A DNA stretch of 64,000 nucleotides from Mytilus edulis (GCF_963676685.1 NC_092353.1:20371307-20435306), one strand, 5' to 3'; positions 1 through 13,017 are shown, numbered from the stretch's first letter. The notes: a model not told the origin generated them from the letters alone. A program made the numbers and translations.

Positions 1-419
1 ACCCTTTGTACGCCTGAATGAGCTATATGCTAATGATAGTTTTTAAACTAGTCGACTGAATCTACAGAGTGGTTATACTCTGGATTGTTATATATATGTG
101 TGTATATATATTCAATTAGTTAGACCAACCATACCAGGAACCCAACCAAACCAGACCAGAAACAGCTAGAGCCTTCACAGCCATTTTAAGATTGTTAAAT
201 AAATTATCACAACTTTTATATGCTTTGTCTTTTATTTATAAATAATAATTATATAACATTTTTCTAGGTTAACGAAGCTGTAAAGTGTGTTGGTTCGACG
301 GTATTCCAATTAGACGTCGGGCCATACATCTTATAGTAATATAAACCATACCAGTTAAAGAAATCCCTTTTATTTGTAACCTGTTATCTCTGGTGTCCGA
401 CTCTAACACCAGGGAGGCA

Positions 420-835
420 GCGTTATAATATATCCGTTTCAGATCCGTTGATCATCCGTTTTATCCGTTATACGTCCGGTAGAAGTCCGATCTCATTCGT
501 TCCACATCCGTTTTATCCGTTATACGTCCGGTAGAAGTCCGTTGGTGAGTTTATCATCCAGACCACCAACAGATGTATAACGGACACGTAACGTATACAA
601 AATGGAAACGAAACGGACGAGTACCGTACAAAATGGACGCCTAACGGACGTTCACGGACATTCTATCCGTTGGACGTCCGTTCAACGTTTTGAATATGCT
701 CAAAATTTTCGACCGGACAGAACGGACGTCGACGGATAAAACGTACGCTTAACGGACATGCAACGGATATGGACGGACGTCTTACGAATAAGAACGGACG
801 TCTAACGGACATGAACGGATGGAAAAAAGGTTTTC
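420..835. repeat. Dyad-symmetric cluster of short ACGGA/TCCGT-core motifs; left half is rich in (A)TCCGTT, right half in the complementary AACGGAC/TAACGGA. Foldback-like.
   Basis: Direct reading: more than 12 TCCGTT-type motifs at 420-560 and more than 15 AACGGA(C/T) motifs at 596-835 around a centre near 575. Several sub-palindromes, e.g. AACGGACGT...ACGTCCGTT. Confidence 0.6.
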
Positions 836-904
836 CGTTAGGCGTGCGTTCGAGATATTCGGTAAGATGTGACCGAGGCTTTTCTTGCATCCTTATTTGC
901 AACA

Positions 905-1000
905 CACTATAAAACACGATTTTACATTTCTAGCGATAGACTTTACATCTACAGCGCTTGAATTTACATCTTCAGTGCTACACTTTATACGGATTTGGCT
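905..1000. repeat. Short array (about 4 copies) of the 21-bp unit related to TACATCTCCAGCGCTAGACTT
   Basis: Units such as ttacatctacagcgcttgaat and ttacatcttcagtgctacact share the same period and consensus as the large array at 1500-2335. Confidence 0.6.
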
Positions 1001-1160
1001 ATAATTTTTGGACCTTTTGTATTATAGCTCTTCATCTTTTTTTTATAAGCTTTGGATTTCAATATTTTGGCCACGAGCATCACTGAAGAGACATGTATTG
1101 TCGAATTGCGCATCTGGTGCAAGAAAATTGATACCGTTAATTTTATTACTACCACTGGGT
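1000..1160 (+). repeat. About 160-bp direct repeat, copy 1 (core TTGGCCACGAGCATCACTGAAGAGACATGTATTGTCGAA)
   Basis: Near-identical to 1338-1500, with only a few substitutions or indels over about 160 bp. Confidence 0.75.
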
Positions 1161-1337
1161 CGATGCCTCTGGTGATGGACTATTAGTCCCCGGGGGTATC
1201 ACTAGCCCAATAGCCAGTACTTCGGTACTGGCATGAAAATACGGATTTTTTATGTGTTATTAAAATTTGCTATTACAAAATGATAGAAACTGTTATAAAT
1301 TAAGGAATGTATCTCCCTCATGCAAAGCTCTGATTCC

Positions 1338-1500
1338 TTTCACAGATTTGGCTATAATTTTTGGACCTATTGGGTTATAGCTCTTCATCTTTTTTATAAG
1401 CTTTGGATTTCAAATATTTTGGCCACGAGCATCACTGAAGAGACATGTATTGTCGAAATGCGCATCTAGTGCAAGAAAATTGATACCGTTAATTTTATTA
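1338..1500 (+). repeat. About 160-bp direct repeat, copy 2
   Basis: Aligns to 1000-1160 (GATTTGGCTATAATTTTTGGACC...GATACCGTTAATTTTATTA). Confidence 0.75.
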
Positions 1501-2335
1501 TATCTTCAGCGCTAGACTTTACATTTTCAGCGCTTGACTTTACATCTCAAGCGCTAGACTTTATATCTCCAGCGCTTAACTTTACATCTCCAGCGCTTGA
1601 TTTTACATCTTCAGCGCCAGACTTTACATCTCCAGCGCTTGATTTTACATCTCCAGCGCTTAACTTTACATCTTGAGCGCTAGACTTTGCATATCTCTAG
1701 CGCTAGATATTACACATCTCCAGCGCTAGACTTTACATCCCCAACGCTAGACTTTACATCTACAGCGCTTGACTTTACATATCCAGCTCTAGACTTTAGA
1801 TCTCCAGCGCTGGAGTCTACATTTTCAGCGCTTGACTTTACATCTCCAGCGCTATACTTTATATCTCCAGCGCTATACTTTATATCTCCAGCGCTTGACT
1901 TTACATCTAGATCTCCAGCGCTTAACTTTACATCTCAAGCGCTTGATAGTACATCTTCAGCGCTAGACTTTACATCTCCAGCGCTTGGTTTTACATCTGC
2001 AGCGCTTGACTTTACATCTCCAGCGCTAGACTTTGCATATCTCCAGCGCTAGATTTTACACATCTCCAGTGCTAGACTTTACATCCCCAGCGCTAGACTT
2101 TACATCTCCAGCGCTTGACTTTACATATTCAGCGCTAGACTTTAGATCTCCAGCGCTGGACTTTACATCTCCAGCGCTAGACATTACATCTTCAGCGCTG
2201 AACTTTACATATCCAGCGCTAGACTTTACATCTCTAGCGCTAGACTCTATATCTCCAGCGCTAGACTTTACATCTCTAGCGCTAGACTCTATATCTCCAG
2301 CGCTAGACTTTACACATCATCAGCGCAGGACTTTA
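1500..2335. repeat. Tandem minisatellite, 21-bp unit (consensus about ACATCTCCAGCGCTAGACTTT), about 40 copies
   Basis: Strict 21-bp periodicity is visible across the region. The open plus-strand frames here translate to SPALDFT heptads, which is a repeat artefact. Confidence 0.9.
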
Positions 2336-3168
2336 AAAGACACTTTATAATCTGTGTGAGACCAACAGGGCTTCGTACTTTAGAGCCTCTAGTTATTTAT
2401 TATAAAGAAATCGCATGTATAGGCGCACCTGTATTCTGGTTGATATTCGCATGTGTTACGGAGAATATATCTCCCAATTGAAACTATATTCCGCGCTTGT
2501 ATGACAGTTATGAATATTTTTATATTTTTCTCATAGTATTTGTTATATGATATATTTTATAACAATTGCATTAGGATTTTTTGTAATTTCACATTTAAAT
2601 TTGCAAAAGTATCATCTCCTCTAAAGCAGTGACATCGAATGTTTTCTTATAACTAATTTTTTTTTATCCAATATTTACAACATTTATTATAATTTCACAA
2701 CATTGTTTTCGCTTTAATAAAAGCGAACTGTTTACGTCTGCAACATTAGACAGAAAATTTCACACTAAGTTAACCTGATTCCCAGAGATGATAAAAACAA
2801 TGTAATTAAATATCCACCAGCTGCATTTGCAGACGACTATTATTTGAACTCTTAATGACTAGACTGACCTACTGAAGGTGTCATAACATTTAGGAATCCC
2901 GTAAAGATTAACGTTCAACTTTCTACACTGTAATAAACTATTTAAAAAATACTGTTATTTTTAAAAGAAATTGTAACTTTGTTTCAACATAATTCATATT
3001 GTACTGAAAAATAACGATTAGATTAATTTAACTTGCAAAATTATAAGTAAAACTATAAAAACGAGTTCTACTCTAATTAAATTCAATCATACTCCTTAAA
3101 ACTATTTAAAACTATTAACTATTGTTTTTCAATAATTTAAAACTATTTAAGTTAAGATATCTAATCGG

Positions 3169-3780
3169 GTCCTACTAAAAAGCGTCGGGAGCGCCCGGAT
3201 GAAGAAAAAGCGCCCGTGGAAAAAAATTAGCGCCCGGGGAAAATATATAGATATCAATTTTAACAATAATATATGAATACTATTTCGAAAAGCTAATAAT
3301 GGATCACAGTTTATGCTGAAGATTTATAAATCGTTAAACACCGACAGATACGTTTCTCAAATTTCCCAGATAAATATTAATTTTATAAAATTAAAAGAGT
3401 TGCACATTATTTAAGAACGGTAAAAGTAATTGAACAAGTGTTCACCATGCAGTTGCGAATATTAGACCTCGGGAACTGAATTTTTTTAAACTAACTAAAT
3501 ATACGTTTTGATCGAGGACAATATCGTTCATGATTCTTCTATATACTTATATTTACCAACTTATATACAATTTTTAAATCTAAAATGTAAAAGTGCAACA
3601 ACACTATCTAAACACTTTAGATTTAGCATCGTTAATATCCCCATTTATACGGGTGAAACACGCAATGTTTTTTTTTTTCATTCAGGAAATCACTTATTCT
3701 CCCGGGCCTTTTTTTCTTCCTCGGGCGCTTTTTCTTTTCTCGGGCGCTCTCGGGCGTTCCCAAGCGCTTTTTAGTAGGAC
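3169..3780. mobile_element. MITE-like non-autonomous element with about 75-bp terminal inverted repeats that contain GCGCCCG(R) subrepeats
   Basis: The left end (GTCCTACTAAAAAGCGTCGGGAGCGCCCGGATGAAGAAAAAGCGCCCG...) is the reverse complement of the right end (...CGGGCGTTCCCAAGCGCTTTTTAGTAGGAC). The interior is AT-rich and non-coding. No clear TSD. Confidence 0.6.
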
Positions 3781-4720
3781 AGATCTTATCGTATTATTTA
3801 TTTATCGTAGGACATGTAGAAAAAAATCCGTCCTTTCGGATAAGTAGTTTTATACATATCACCCCAAGGTTATCCTAGTAACGTGTCGAGTAACGAGTTG
3901 CAGCATGAAAACAAATAAATGGTGGTGTCAAACTGTCAAATCCAATGTATCTGTGTTTTCCCCCCAAAATGTTTTTATACGGAGCACTCAGGGGAGGACA
4001 AGATAACTTCTTTAACACCGAAAAATATATTAGAAAAAAAAATGAATAAATGAAATGTTTTAGAAATTGTATGTAATCACAATGACTGACATGCTTGAAA
4101 TCCTAAATTGGATGCGCAGTTGCTTATTATTTTCTTTTCTTCAATTTTACCCCACCCCCCTTTTTTTTAAGAAATGAATATATTTCATAGATTAGACTAC
4201 ATCCATTTTTTTTGGGGTAAAATATGGTTCTTTAACTCCCAACATTGGTAGAGCCTTCAAACACCAAACCCTGGATCAGTGCATTTAGTCTGTTATGATT
4301 ATGGCAGAAGACATGCAGAGAAATGACTAATGACCAGTGCATTATAGGATTTACATTTTTCCTTTTGGTCAATCATCTTGCAGGGTCCAAACGAGTTCAC
4401 CTGTATGTGTGCCATTTGTTTTCTTAATTTCTTTATCAGCTATTGACTTGGTATCTTCTTATCAAATAATGTGTGTGAAATTTAAATCTCATTTAGATAT
4501 ACATGTTAGTTTCTTACCCTTTTTACTTTAAAAAAAGCCATTTGCCAATGTAATAAAAAGAATAACGAATCAAAGAATTCAAATAGGCTGCGCGCATTAT
4601 CAAATTCATGTGTTGTTCGGTCACTCGTTGAATATTTTTCTTTTTGGATTCTTCGATAATTTATTCTATAAATCTCATTTTAATTTCAATTGTACGTACA
4701 CGTACTTATGTATATGTCGT

Positions 4721-4888
4721 GTACAAGTTGCGATTTTGTACAGGTTATAACATGTACAAAAATATTGTACATGTTATAACTTGTATAACGCAAAAATACA
4801 AGTTATAACATGTACAAAAGTACCTCATGCATGTTATAACCTGTACAAAATATTGCTTAAAAATGGTTTTAACTTGTACAAAATTTAA
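4721..4888 (+). repeat. Left TIR of the long-TIR element
   Basis: See the element entry (4721-6366). Confidence 0.75.
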
Positions 4889-6192
4889 AATTAAGTAAAA
4901 TATACATTTAAATTCACCAATGCATAAAGAACAACAATAAATAGACCAGAACTTGTCTTTTTCTGTAGAGGACAATGATCACAAAGTTTCAGAAATATAT
5001 GTTTCATGACTTATGTTGGCAAAATGTGTTTTCATATTAGTGTATGGTAATGCAGTCCATCATGGCTTAAATAAGTGTGAAACTATTTACTAAAAGCTTG
5101 CATTCCTCAACGACAATTACATTAGATACTAGTAACTAAATTCATCCAAAAATTTGTAGAAAGATTCCTAATAATTTTGGGAAATACTCCTCCCTCTCGA
5201 TTTTATAGCGTGCAAGACTAAAACAATGTCTTATATGCTTACTCTGTAAAAGTAAGAGAGAGAGAGCTGAAATAGTTTTCATTGGACCACGCTTCATTAT
5301 CAATATCTTTGTATCTACTCTTCAACATTTTTGGCCTACAACATGACTTATGTAAATTTATAACTTAATTTTTGTTTATAAACTATAAGATCATTGCATG
5401 AGGCGAATGTCATTTTGATATGTTTTAAATATATATCCTCTACTTTGAAAGCATGTATTTGTGGCCTTTGGATGTTGTCTGCTTCACGGGCAGGTTGTTT
5501 TTTTAGACACATACCCCATTTCAATTCTCAATTTTATTTGTAAACACATCCATCCTGGCTATCCTCTTATGTCTTTTAGTGTCAACTAGAATAAAAGTAT
5601 TTTACTATTGCCTTCAAAGAGGACATTAACTGGGACAACATCCCTAATGCGCCTCGAAATGAGGAACTCAAAAGTCATGTGTAAAGAAAAAATCTCTATG
5701 TAGTGATATTGGATATGTTTCTAATTTTTACAAATGACTGAACTTAACCATTTGTGGTGATTAGGAAAGTAGAGGAACATAGAATAAATGTGTTAAAAAA
5801 ATAGAGCTATAAAATGTGTTCAAAGTATTCAATTTTCAAAGAACTTATTGTGTTAAAAAGTGGATATTTTACCACAAGGAGCCACATCACAAAAGGATGT
5901 TCGGGGTATGCTAATTTACGGAAAAAGTAATCTCACTTTGTACCCGGAAAATTTAACCACATTTGTGAAAATGTCACAGCTAACTAACAAGCTATCCAAG
6001 TTAACGATATGGACTGAGCTACAGGAAAAAACGTTACCATTACCGCCTATGTAAAAACAATTAAAGATATTGACCCAACTGTAGCAAAAAGAGACAAACA
6101 CACTAACATGAAGGAATAATAAAAAAGTTATGAAAATGTTATTGAGGTCAATATCATCTATTGCGATAATAGAAAAATATCCTTATTTTTTG

Positions 6193-6366
6193 ATTTTGTA
6201 CAAGTTAAAACCATTTTTAAGCAATATTTTGTACAGGTTATAACATGTATGGGGTACTTTTGTACATGTTATAACTTGTATTTTTGCATTATACAAGTTA
6301 TAACATGTACAATATTTTTGTACATGTTATAACCTGTACAAAATCGCAACTTGTACACGACATATA
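6193..6366 (-). repeat. Right TIR of the long-TIR element
   Basis: See the element entry (4721-6366). Confidence 0.75.
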
Positions 6367-6779
6367 TATGTTTGTTAACTGGAAAATATTTCTCGGTCTT
6401 AAAATCAATTATACGTCGTATACTTTTCTATGTTAAACTTATATAGTTAGGCACTTTTGTTGTATGTTTATATCATTCGGTTTTTTTAGACATTTATTTC
6501 TTCCATTAGTTCACTGTTGTAGCCTAAACATATATTCAAAAGGCTAAGTCTAAGAAATCAAGTTGAACCCCATCATGAGTTGAAACATCAATATATATAG
6601 TCTTAGGTCTCTACTTTTTATATTTTGTTGTAAGAGATGTATAAATACTCTGTCACGTCCGGTCTATGTTTTAGTTAGTTTTTTTCTGTTTGTATCGATC
6701 TGATGAGACAAGCCATTTTCAACTGGCTTCTATAGTTTGTTCATATGTTAGAAGGTTGAGCGCTCACAAACATGTTTAA

Positions 6780-7080
6780 ACCCGCCACATTATGTATGCG
6801 CCTGTCTTTTGTATAGAACCTGCAATTTAGTGGTTGTAATGGTTCATGTCATTAATTTTTGTTTTTCCCAATTGATTTGTGAATTATGCCGTTATTTTTC
6901 TCAATTTATTTGTTTCACTTTTTATTTATGTCTTGGCCTTTCATAATCGACTTTAAGGTATCGGCTTTTGTCATTGTTGAAAGTCGTACCGTTACCTCTT
7001 ATTGCTAACATCTACTAAATATGAACTTTGGTGGAAAGTTGTCTCATTGGCAATCATACAACATCGCCTTATATTTATAA
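6780..7080 (-). mobile_element. Copy of a roughly 300-bp interspersed repeat family (SINE/MITE-like), reverse orientation
   Basis: Carries the family head in reverse complement (GGAGAGTTGTCTCATTGGCAATCATAC) and the family tail (ACCCGCCACAT...). Confidence 0.5.
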
Positions 7081-7424
7081 TCTTAGGAAAGGTATAGGAA
7101 ATAGTAAGGAAATTGGAAATATATATGCACGCCATTTAATAAAATTCATGCTAGTGCTTTATTACAGAAAATAACATGCAAAACATTAAACGTTTGAAGT
7201 TGTAAATTGTGTTAAAGCTTGCGGAAGAATATATCAAAAACGTTTTACGACACTCCCGATAAGGACCGGTAACTCTGTATTTTTATGCGGGAAAATATGA
7301 ATGGCTTCTCATATCTAATCTTTCAGAAAAATCGATTTCTTACAAAAGAGTGTCCACCATGCACTTACACTGCACTATTAAAAGCATAGTAGAATATATT
7401 GATATACAAATGGATGAAATATAA

Positions 7425-7730
7425 AAAAAGAAGATGTGCATGGTATGATTGCCAATGAGACAACTATCCACAAAAGACCAAAATGACACAAACATTAACA
7501 ACTATAGGTCACCGTAAGGCCTTCAACAATGAGCAAAGCCCATACCGCGTAGTCAGCTATAAAAGGCCCCGATAAGATAATGTAAAACAATTCAAACGAG
7601 AAAACTAACGGCCTTATTTATGTTTAAAAAATGAACGAAAAACAAATTTGTAACACTTGAACAAACGACAACCACTGAATTACAGGCTCCTGACTTGGGA
7701 AGGGCATATACATAAATAATGTGGAAATTA
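7425..7730 (+). mobile_element. Full-length copy of the roughly 300-bp interspersed repeat family (head AAGATGTG..TATGATTGCCAATGAGACAACTCTCC, core ATAGGTCACCGTA(A/C)GGCCTTCAACAATGAGCAAA, tail CAACCACTGAATTACAGGCTCCTGACTTGGGA)
   Basis: Aligns along its length to the copy at 20678-20935 at about 85% identity, and to the reverse copies at 15828-16105 and 41275-41480. Confidence 0.65.
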
Positions 7731-7744
7731 TATATACAGCCCTT

Positions 7745-8215
7745 GGATGGTGTTAACTTTCCAAAAAATTGTATAGTGTACTGGTGTAATGGTGTAATGG
7801 TGTAAGGTGTATGGTGCTGTGGTGTATGGTGCTGTGGTGTATGGTGCTGTGGTGTATGGTGCTGTGGTGTATGGTGTAAGGGGAATGGTGTAATGGTGTT
7901 TGAGGAATGGTGTGATTGTGTAACTAGCGATCGGGAATGGTGTGAATGATGGTGTACGACATCTCATTGGTTGAAACGAATTTCTTTTTATTTTATTTTT
8001 TCGAGTTGTAAACATACTCAATAATAATATTCTTAATATTTGAAATTTAATTGCATTATGGGTAATTTCGGATCGTGTAGATAGAATGGGGAATGGTGCA
8101 TGGTGTAATGTGTAAGGTGTATGGTGCAAAGGTGTAACGTGTATGGTGTAATGGTACAAGGTGTATGGTGTAATGCTGTAAGGTGTATGGTGTAATGGTG
8201 TATGGTGTTAGTGGG
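7745..8215. repeat. GT-rich minisatellite: GGTGTAA/GGTGTAT heptamers, including 4 copies of a 15-bp GGTGTATGGTGCTGT unit. Two blocks (7745-7975 and 8090-8215).
   Basis: Direct reading. The minus-strand 143-aa ORF spanning this region is a repeat artefact (HYT/PYT repeats). Confidence 0.8.
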
Positions 8216-10007
8216 AAGTTTACACCATCCAAGGACTGTACATGTAACTGTTATATTAATAATAAAATAACAACAAACCAGTACATACTCTGTGACGTTT
8301 ATTATAATATGAGGCAGGCATTACCTGTAAATGGGGACGAAGTCTGTATGAATTATTATTTTGTAACTTAAATATTTGTTCAAAAAAAAAGAAACGGAAA
8401 TACCGTAACGTTTCCGATTTTGGTTCTGTTGTTAGGGATTTTAGTTATGACGTTATTTAAATTATAACGTCATATACAATGTAAACAAAGAAACGCTATC
8501 ATCAGGTAACGTTTTTTCATATCAAGGAATTATGTAAAATGAAATTGGTATTGCGCGTTCCTTCCTATTTTTATACTAGACTGATAAATATATATTTTAC
8601 TCAAAGATTCACGCAAACGAGACCGGAAAGGGGACGTACATAGTACATTTCTGCGCAGGTCCGGGATTTCAAAACATGACATAAAAAAAATTGAACGATT
8701 TTGAGTTCATTAGTACAATGAAAAATTCGGGAAATTTTCCCGAATTTTTTTTTTATTGAATTTTCTACTGTAATTGGGGACTTCGTCCCTATATTAGTAT
8801 AATAGTCCCAAGTAAACTGATTTGTATCTCAATAATATCATAGTTATTACGGTGCGGTTGAATTTCCTGTCATTTATTCATCATCCACGCAAGAACTTGT
8901 CTCAGAAAAAATATCATCTGTACATTAAACTCAGTTTCAGGTATAGCAAATGTACAGAGGTGTGATCTTTTTCTGTGACATCTGCTTTTGACCATCCACA
9001 AGAACTTGAGTCATCCGATGTTCAGTACTTCAGTACTTTGATTAAGTTGGAAGTTTTCAGTTCAAAATCGATTCATGAATTTTTTTGGTGAAAATAAGAT
9101 TTTTGAAATATCAATTATTGCAACAACAGAAATCGCGTATTTGTCTTCAATAGTTTTAATAAGAACATAACACTTTTTAAATATAGGACCAATTGGCCTA
9201 TTATTTTCCTTATTACAGTGTATTCAATTTAATGATATACATTGCCTTGTATTGTTTCTTGTGTTCGTCCGGAACCATTCATGAACTATTTGCCACTGGC
9301 GTCCAATCAAATCGTTTCCTTTGTTGACTAGTATATATAAATCGATTGAAGCTTGTTTATATCAAGTGACTAATTACATGTAATATTTTTTTTATAAACT
9401 GTAGTATCAAAGCTCCTCTATGCACACAAGACGTTATTTATTATTAATTATGGACTTCTTCCAGTAGTTATTTTATATCTATGTTAATCTTTGGTACACC
9501 ATTCTTACATGTCAGTCCTCTCCCACCATAACATCACTCGATTTTGGTTAATAAGTTGAAAAGTTAAATTTCGTTTATTGTAAGTGTAATGTATCAAGAA
9601 AACAAAGACGGGTTCAAACAGAAAGGTTTTGAAATCAAAGATAACTGTGCACCTTAAGATCAGCATGGGTTTATTAGTCGTCAATACGTGTACTTAAAGT
9701 CCAGTCTAAAAATAAGCATACTAGGTACTTTGATTCAAGGACGAAACCACGATGTCTAGTCTTACTAAAAAATATAATCAATATTCAAACTCTACTTATG
9801 AAGATTAGAACAGATTATACCCATGTCATATCTTTTACCAATTCAATTCAAATATTTATTGTCATATAAACTCTGAACAATAAGTTTGTGACAAATAATA
9901 TAAACATACACAAAATACATTTAACAAACAAAACCATGAAAACAAAAAAAGCAAAAAAGCAAAACAATCTATCTATATGATATATAAATATATATTTTAT
10001 AAATAAA

Positions 10008-10502
10008 TCAAGAGTCCCCTGTCCTCAGTTCTAATGCCTGTTTAAAATAGGACCCTAAGCTTTCTACTTCTTTTGAGGTTGATGGACAAAGAAGATATGT
10101 ATTTTTTTCATTTTCTTGCCAGGACATAAAATCTGGCATATGTTTAATTACATTTCCTATAAAGTTCTCTCTTAGTTTAGCAATTTTTTTGCAGTATAAA
10201 ATAAAATGGGCTTCATCCTCCATTGTATTACAGGATGTGCATAGTCTTTTTTCTCTAGGTATTTTTAAATGTCTGCCTTTTTCTATCATTAAATTATGAT
10301 CGCTAATTCTCATTTTTGTTATGTTACTTCTCTTTTCAAAAGATTTACAGTTTAAGTAGTTTTCCATTTCTAAATTTTGCTTTAAACTTTTATATAAATA
10401 CAATTTACTTTTTTTATTTATTTTTTCAAATTTTTGTTCAAATATATTTGTGTAGAAATTTAAGAATTGATGTTTTAAGGTTTTTTTTAACAACTTTACC
10501 AC
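10008..10502 (-). pseudogene. Fragment of a non-LTR (LINE-type) retrotransposon ORF2: C-terminal reverse-transcriptase zinc-binding region, 5'-truncated
   Basis: The translation contains ISDHNLMIEKGRH...LCTSCNTMEDEAHFILYCKK, the H-x-L-x-E-x-GR...C-x2-C...H...C pattern typical of the C-terminal domain of LINE reverse transcriptases. No RT core lies upstream, so the copy is truncated. An AT-rich tail follows the stop. Confidence 0.6.
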
Positions 10503-12099
10503 TTAATCATAAAAGAATCGCGTCTTGTCATTGCCAGTGGCGATCTATGATAGGGCGTGTGCAAGATGTTCACCCCCTCCTTTCATCGAAATAGACAGAA
10601 AATAGTATGGTTCTCACAGTTATATGTATCTAAAGGATAAAGTAGTCCTTCACCTAGCTCCTCTCGCCAGTATGAATTGCCTTTTTGGGATTTACACTCC
10701 CTTTTCACATTTCATGGATTCTCCCTGATTGTACTAACTATTGTACAGAAATGAGTTAAATCAGTCTAGAAAATACTTAAGGTGGTATGGGAGTCTAAAT
10801 AAAAATGATAGAATTTGTTCGTTACTTTGCCAAAACGTAGTATCTATTGATACATGTCGAAAAATATAATAAAAATGATAAGTCAACGCGTATTTCTCAA
10901 GCTACAGGACGGGACAAAATGACACATTTTGTATGGATTATACAGGAAAAAACACCATTTTGTGATTAGAAACTAAACAAAATGATAGAATTATTAAATA
11001 CTTCAGGAACATATAGATTTCAGACACTGCTTTGAGAATATCAAAAGAAAAGATAGGGTCACCGTACTTTTTTCCGTCTAAAATACAAAATAGGAAAATT
11101 CCATGAATCCTTCAGAAAATGCACTGTTTTAGAGATACCTCCCCCTAAAATGCCAATTAAAAAAACCTAAAAACAAGCCAAAATAGTTAACATTTGCAAT
11201 AATATTAATATTTATAAGTTCTATTCTTATAAATTGGCTCTTATAAATGAAAATTCGCATTAAATATCTGCATTCCTGCATCAAATTTTGCTATCTTGAT
11301 GGAAAATCTAGATCTTTGGTTCTCTGTTTTTTACAATCCAAGATGGAGGAAGACACTAATACCACCTTAAGACTAGATCATCTTGTATTTAAATTTTCTC
11401 AACTTGTAATTTTTTTAAGAAAAATATGTATTAGGTTTTCAATCAAATTAGTATTATCACAACTGCATGTGACCATGATGACTTTGTGTACTTTTGAAAA
11501 TATTACAATTACTGTTACACAGTAGCATATCAGATTCCTAACCATATATATAATTATCTATAGATGAAGGCTATTCATTGGGGAACCGTCGTGTAATGCA
11601 TTAAATTTTTGCTCGCGTAATTAACATAATTTAAAGAAAGATGTGATATTGTAATCAATGAGTCAATTTTTCACAACAGACCAAGTGACACAAAAATTAC
11701 CAACTTAAGGTCACCGTACGACCTTCACTAATAAAAAAAAATACCAAACTGCAAAATCAGTTACAAAGACTCGAAATGATAGGTAAAACAATACAAACAA
11801 GTTAACAAACAGCCTGACTTATGGTTTAATTGGTGAACGACAGAAAATGAATTATACTTCATAGGAAAATGCAATATTTTGATGGCTGATACGAGGGTGT
11901 TAATTTACTCTATCACATGGCCGAGAGAGTGACAATTTTTTTTAATGTTACCTTTTCGTCTAGAAAATCGATAGTTTAAAGGACAATGGGTTGACTATAC
12001 ATCAAGTAAATAAAAACACGGCTAAAGTTCCGCTACGTTTTGACTCAGATTTTATCATTTGACTGTCAATCCCCCCCCCCACCCACCCACCCCCAAAAA

Positions 12100-12300
12100 A
12101 ACAAGACCGTTCCTGTTTGTATATGGTTTAACACTAGTAATTTTTAAGACACTTTATAGCTTGTTGTCCGGTATAAGCTAAGGCTCCGTGTTGAAGGTCG
12201 TACCTTGACCTATAATGGTTTACTTTTATAAATTGATACTTGGATAGAGAGTTGTCTCATTGGCACTAGCACATGCCACATCTTCTTATATATATGTATA
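12100..12300 (-). mobile_element. Copy of the interspersed repeat family (subfamily shared with 18630-18835), reverse orientation
   Basis: The reverse complement matches GTGCCAATGAGACAACTCT..CCAAGTATCAATTTATAAAAGTAAACCATTATAGGTCAAGGTACGACCTTCAACACGGAGCCTTAGC. Confidence 0.55.
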
Positions 12301-13017
12301 CTATATAAATAGAAAAACTGATTACCAAAAACAAGATGAATAAAAAATATCAAACGAAAATTACAAATACATCATTTAGTGAAATATTCCATGTGGAACA
12401 CCTAATAAAATTATTATTTAGCGAAACAATATTGGGAGGAACATATATAAATTTGCATATAGGAAAACACATCAACTTAACATTGAATACAATGTTTTTT
12501 TGAGGATTTTATATTAAATGGTCTTCAAGTGAAATATGCCAATTTTCAACATTGAAGTGTTCTGTTAGGGGAACATAGAAATATTACACTAAGAACACAT
12601 TTACATTGTACAAGTTACAGTTTGGTAAATAATTATCTAGGGAACCCACACACCTTTTAAAAGACACATATTTATGGTAAACACATACATGTATCACTTA
12701 AAAATGAAGCGATCCCACATAACCCGTTATTTCCTGAGAGACGGACAGAGATAAAGGAACATGGGAAGGGAAGCGGGGGTTAGCGGGCGGGCAGTTGGGG
12801 TCAAGGGATTAGGAACTGGATGAAGAGAAGAGGTAAAAGATGTGATATTCTGGTGAAAATGATTTGACGGATTTTCGTATAGGGGTTAAGAAAATTGAAA
12901 GTAGGAATCATCCCTCTTTTCTGTAACGCCAAACGTATTTTTTATAAATAATTTAACGACCGAAAATAGCAGATTTTATATAAACATGTACATACATGTA
13001 TGTTATAAACATAAACA

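Larger units (their letters stand above)
4721..6366. mobile_element. Non-autonomous DNA element with long (about 170-bp) near-identical terminal inverted repeats, flanked by the direct 4-bp duplication TATG (or TA)
   Basis: 4721-4888 is the reverse complement of 6193-6366 with 2-3 mismatches. TATG sits at 4717-4720 and 6367-6370. The roughly 1.3-kb interior has no ORF above 80 aa. Confidence 0.75.

Noticed and set aside
1687-2350. Two plus-strand ORFs (121 and 105 aa) encoding SPALDFT heptad repeats
   Set aside because: They lie entirely within the 21-bp minisatellite. The 21-nt period equals 7 codons, so any frame stays open. There is no start context and no protein-like composition.
7728-8159. 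143-aa minus-strand ORF
   Set aside because: It is generated by the GGTGTAA/GGTGTAT minisatellite (HYT/PYT repeats) and is not coding.
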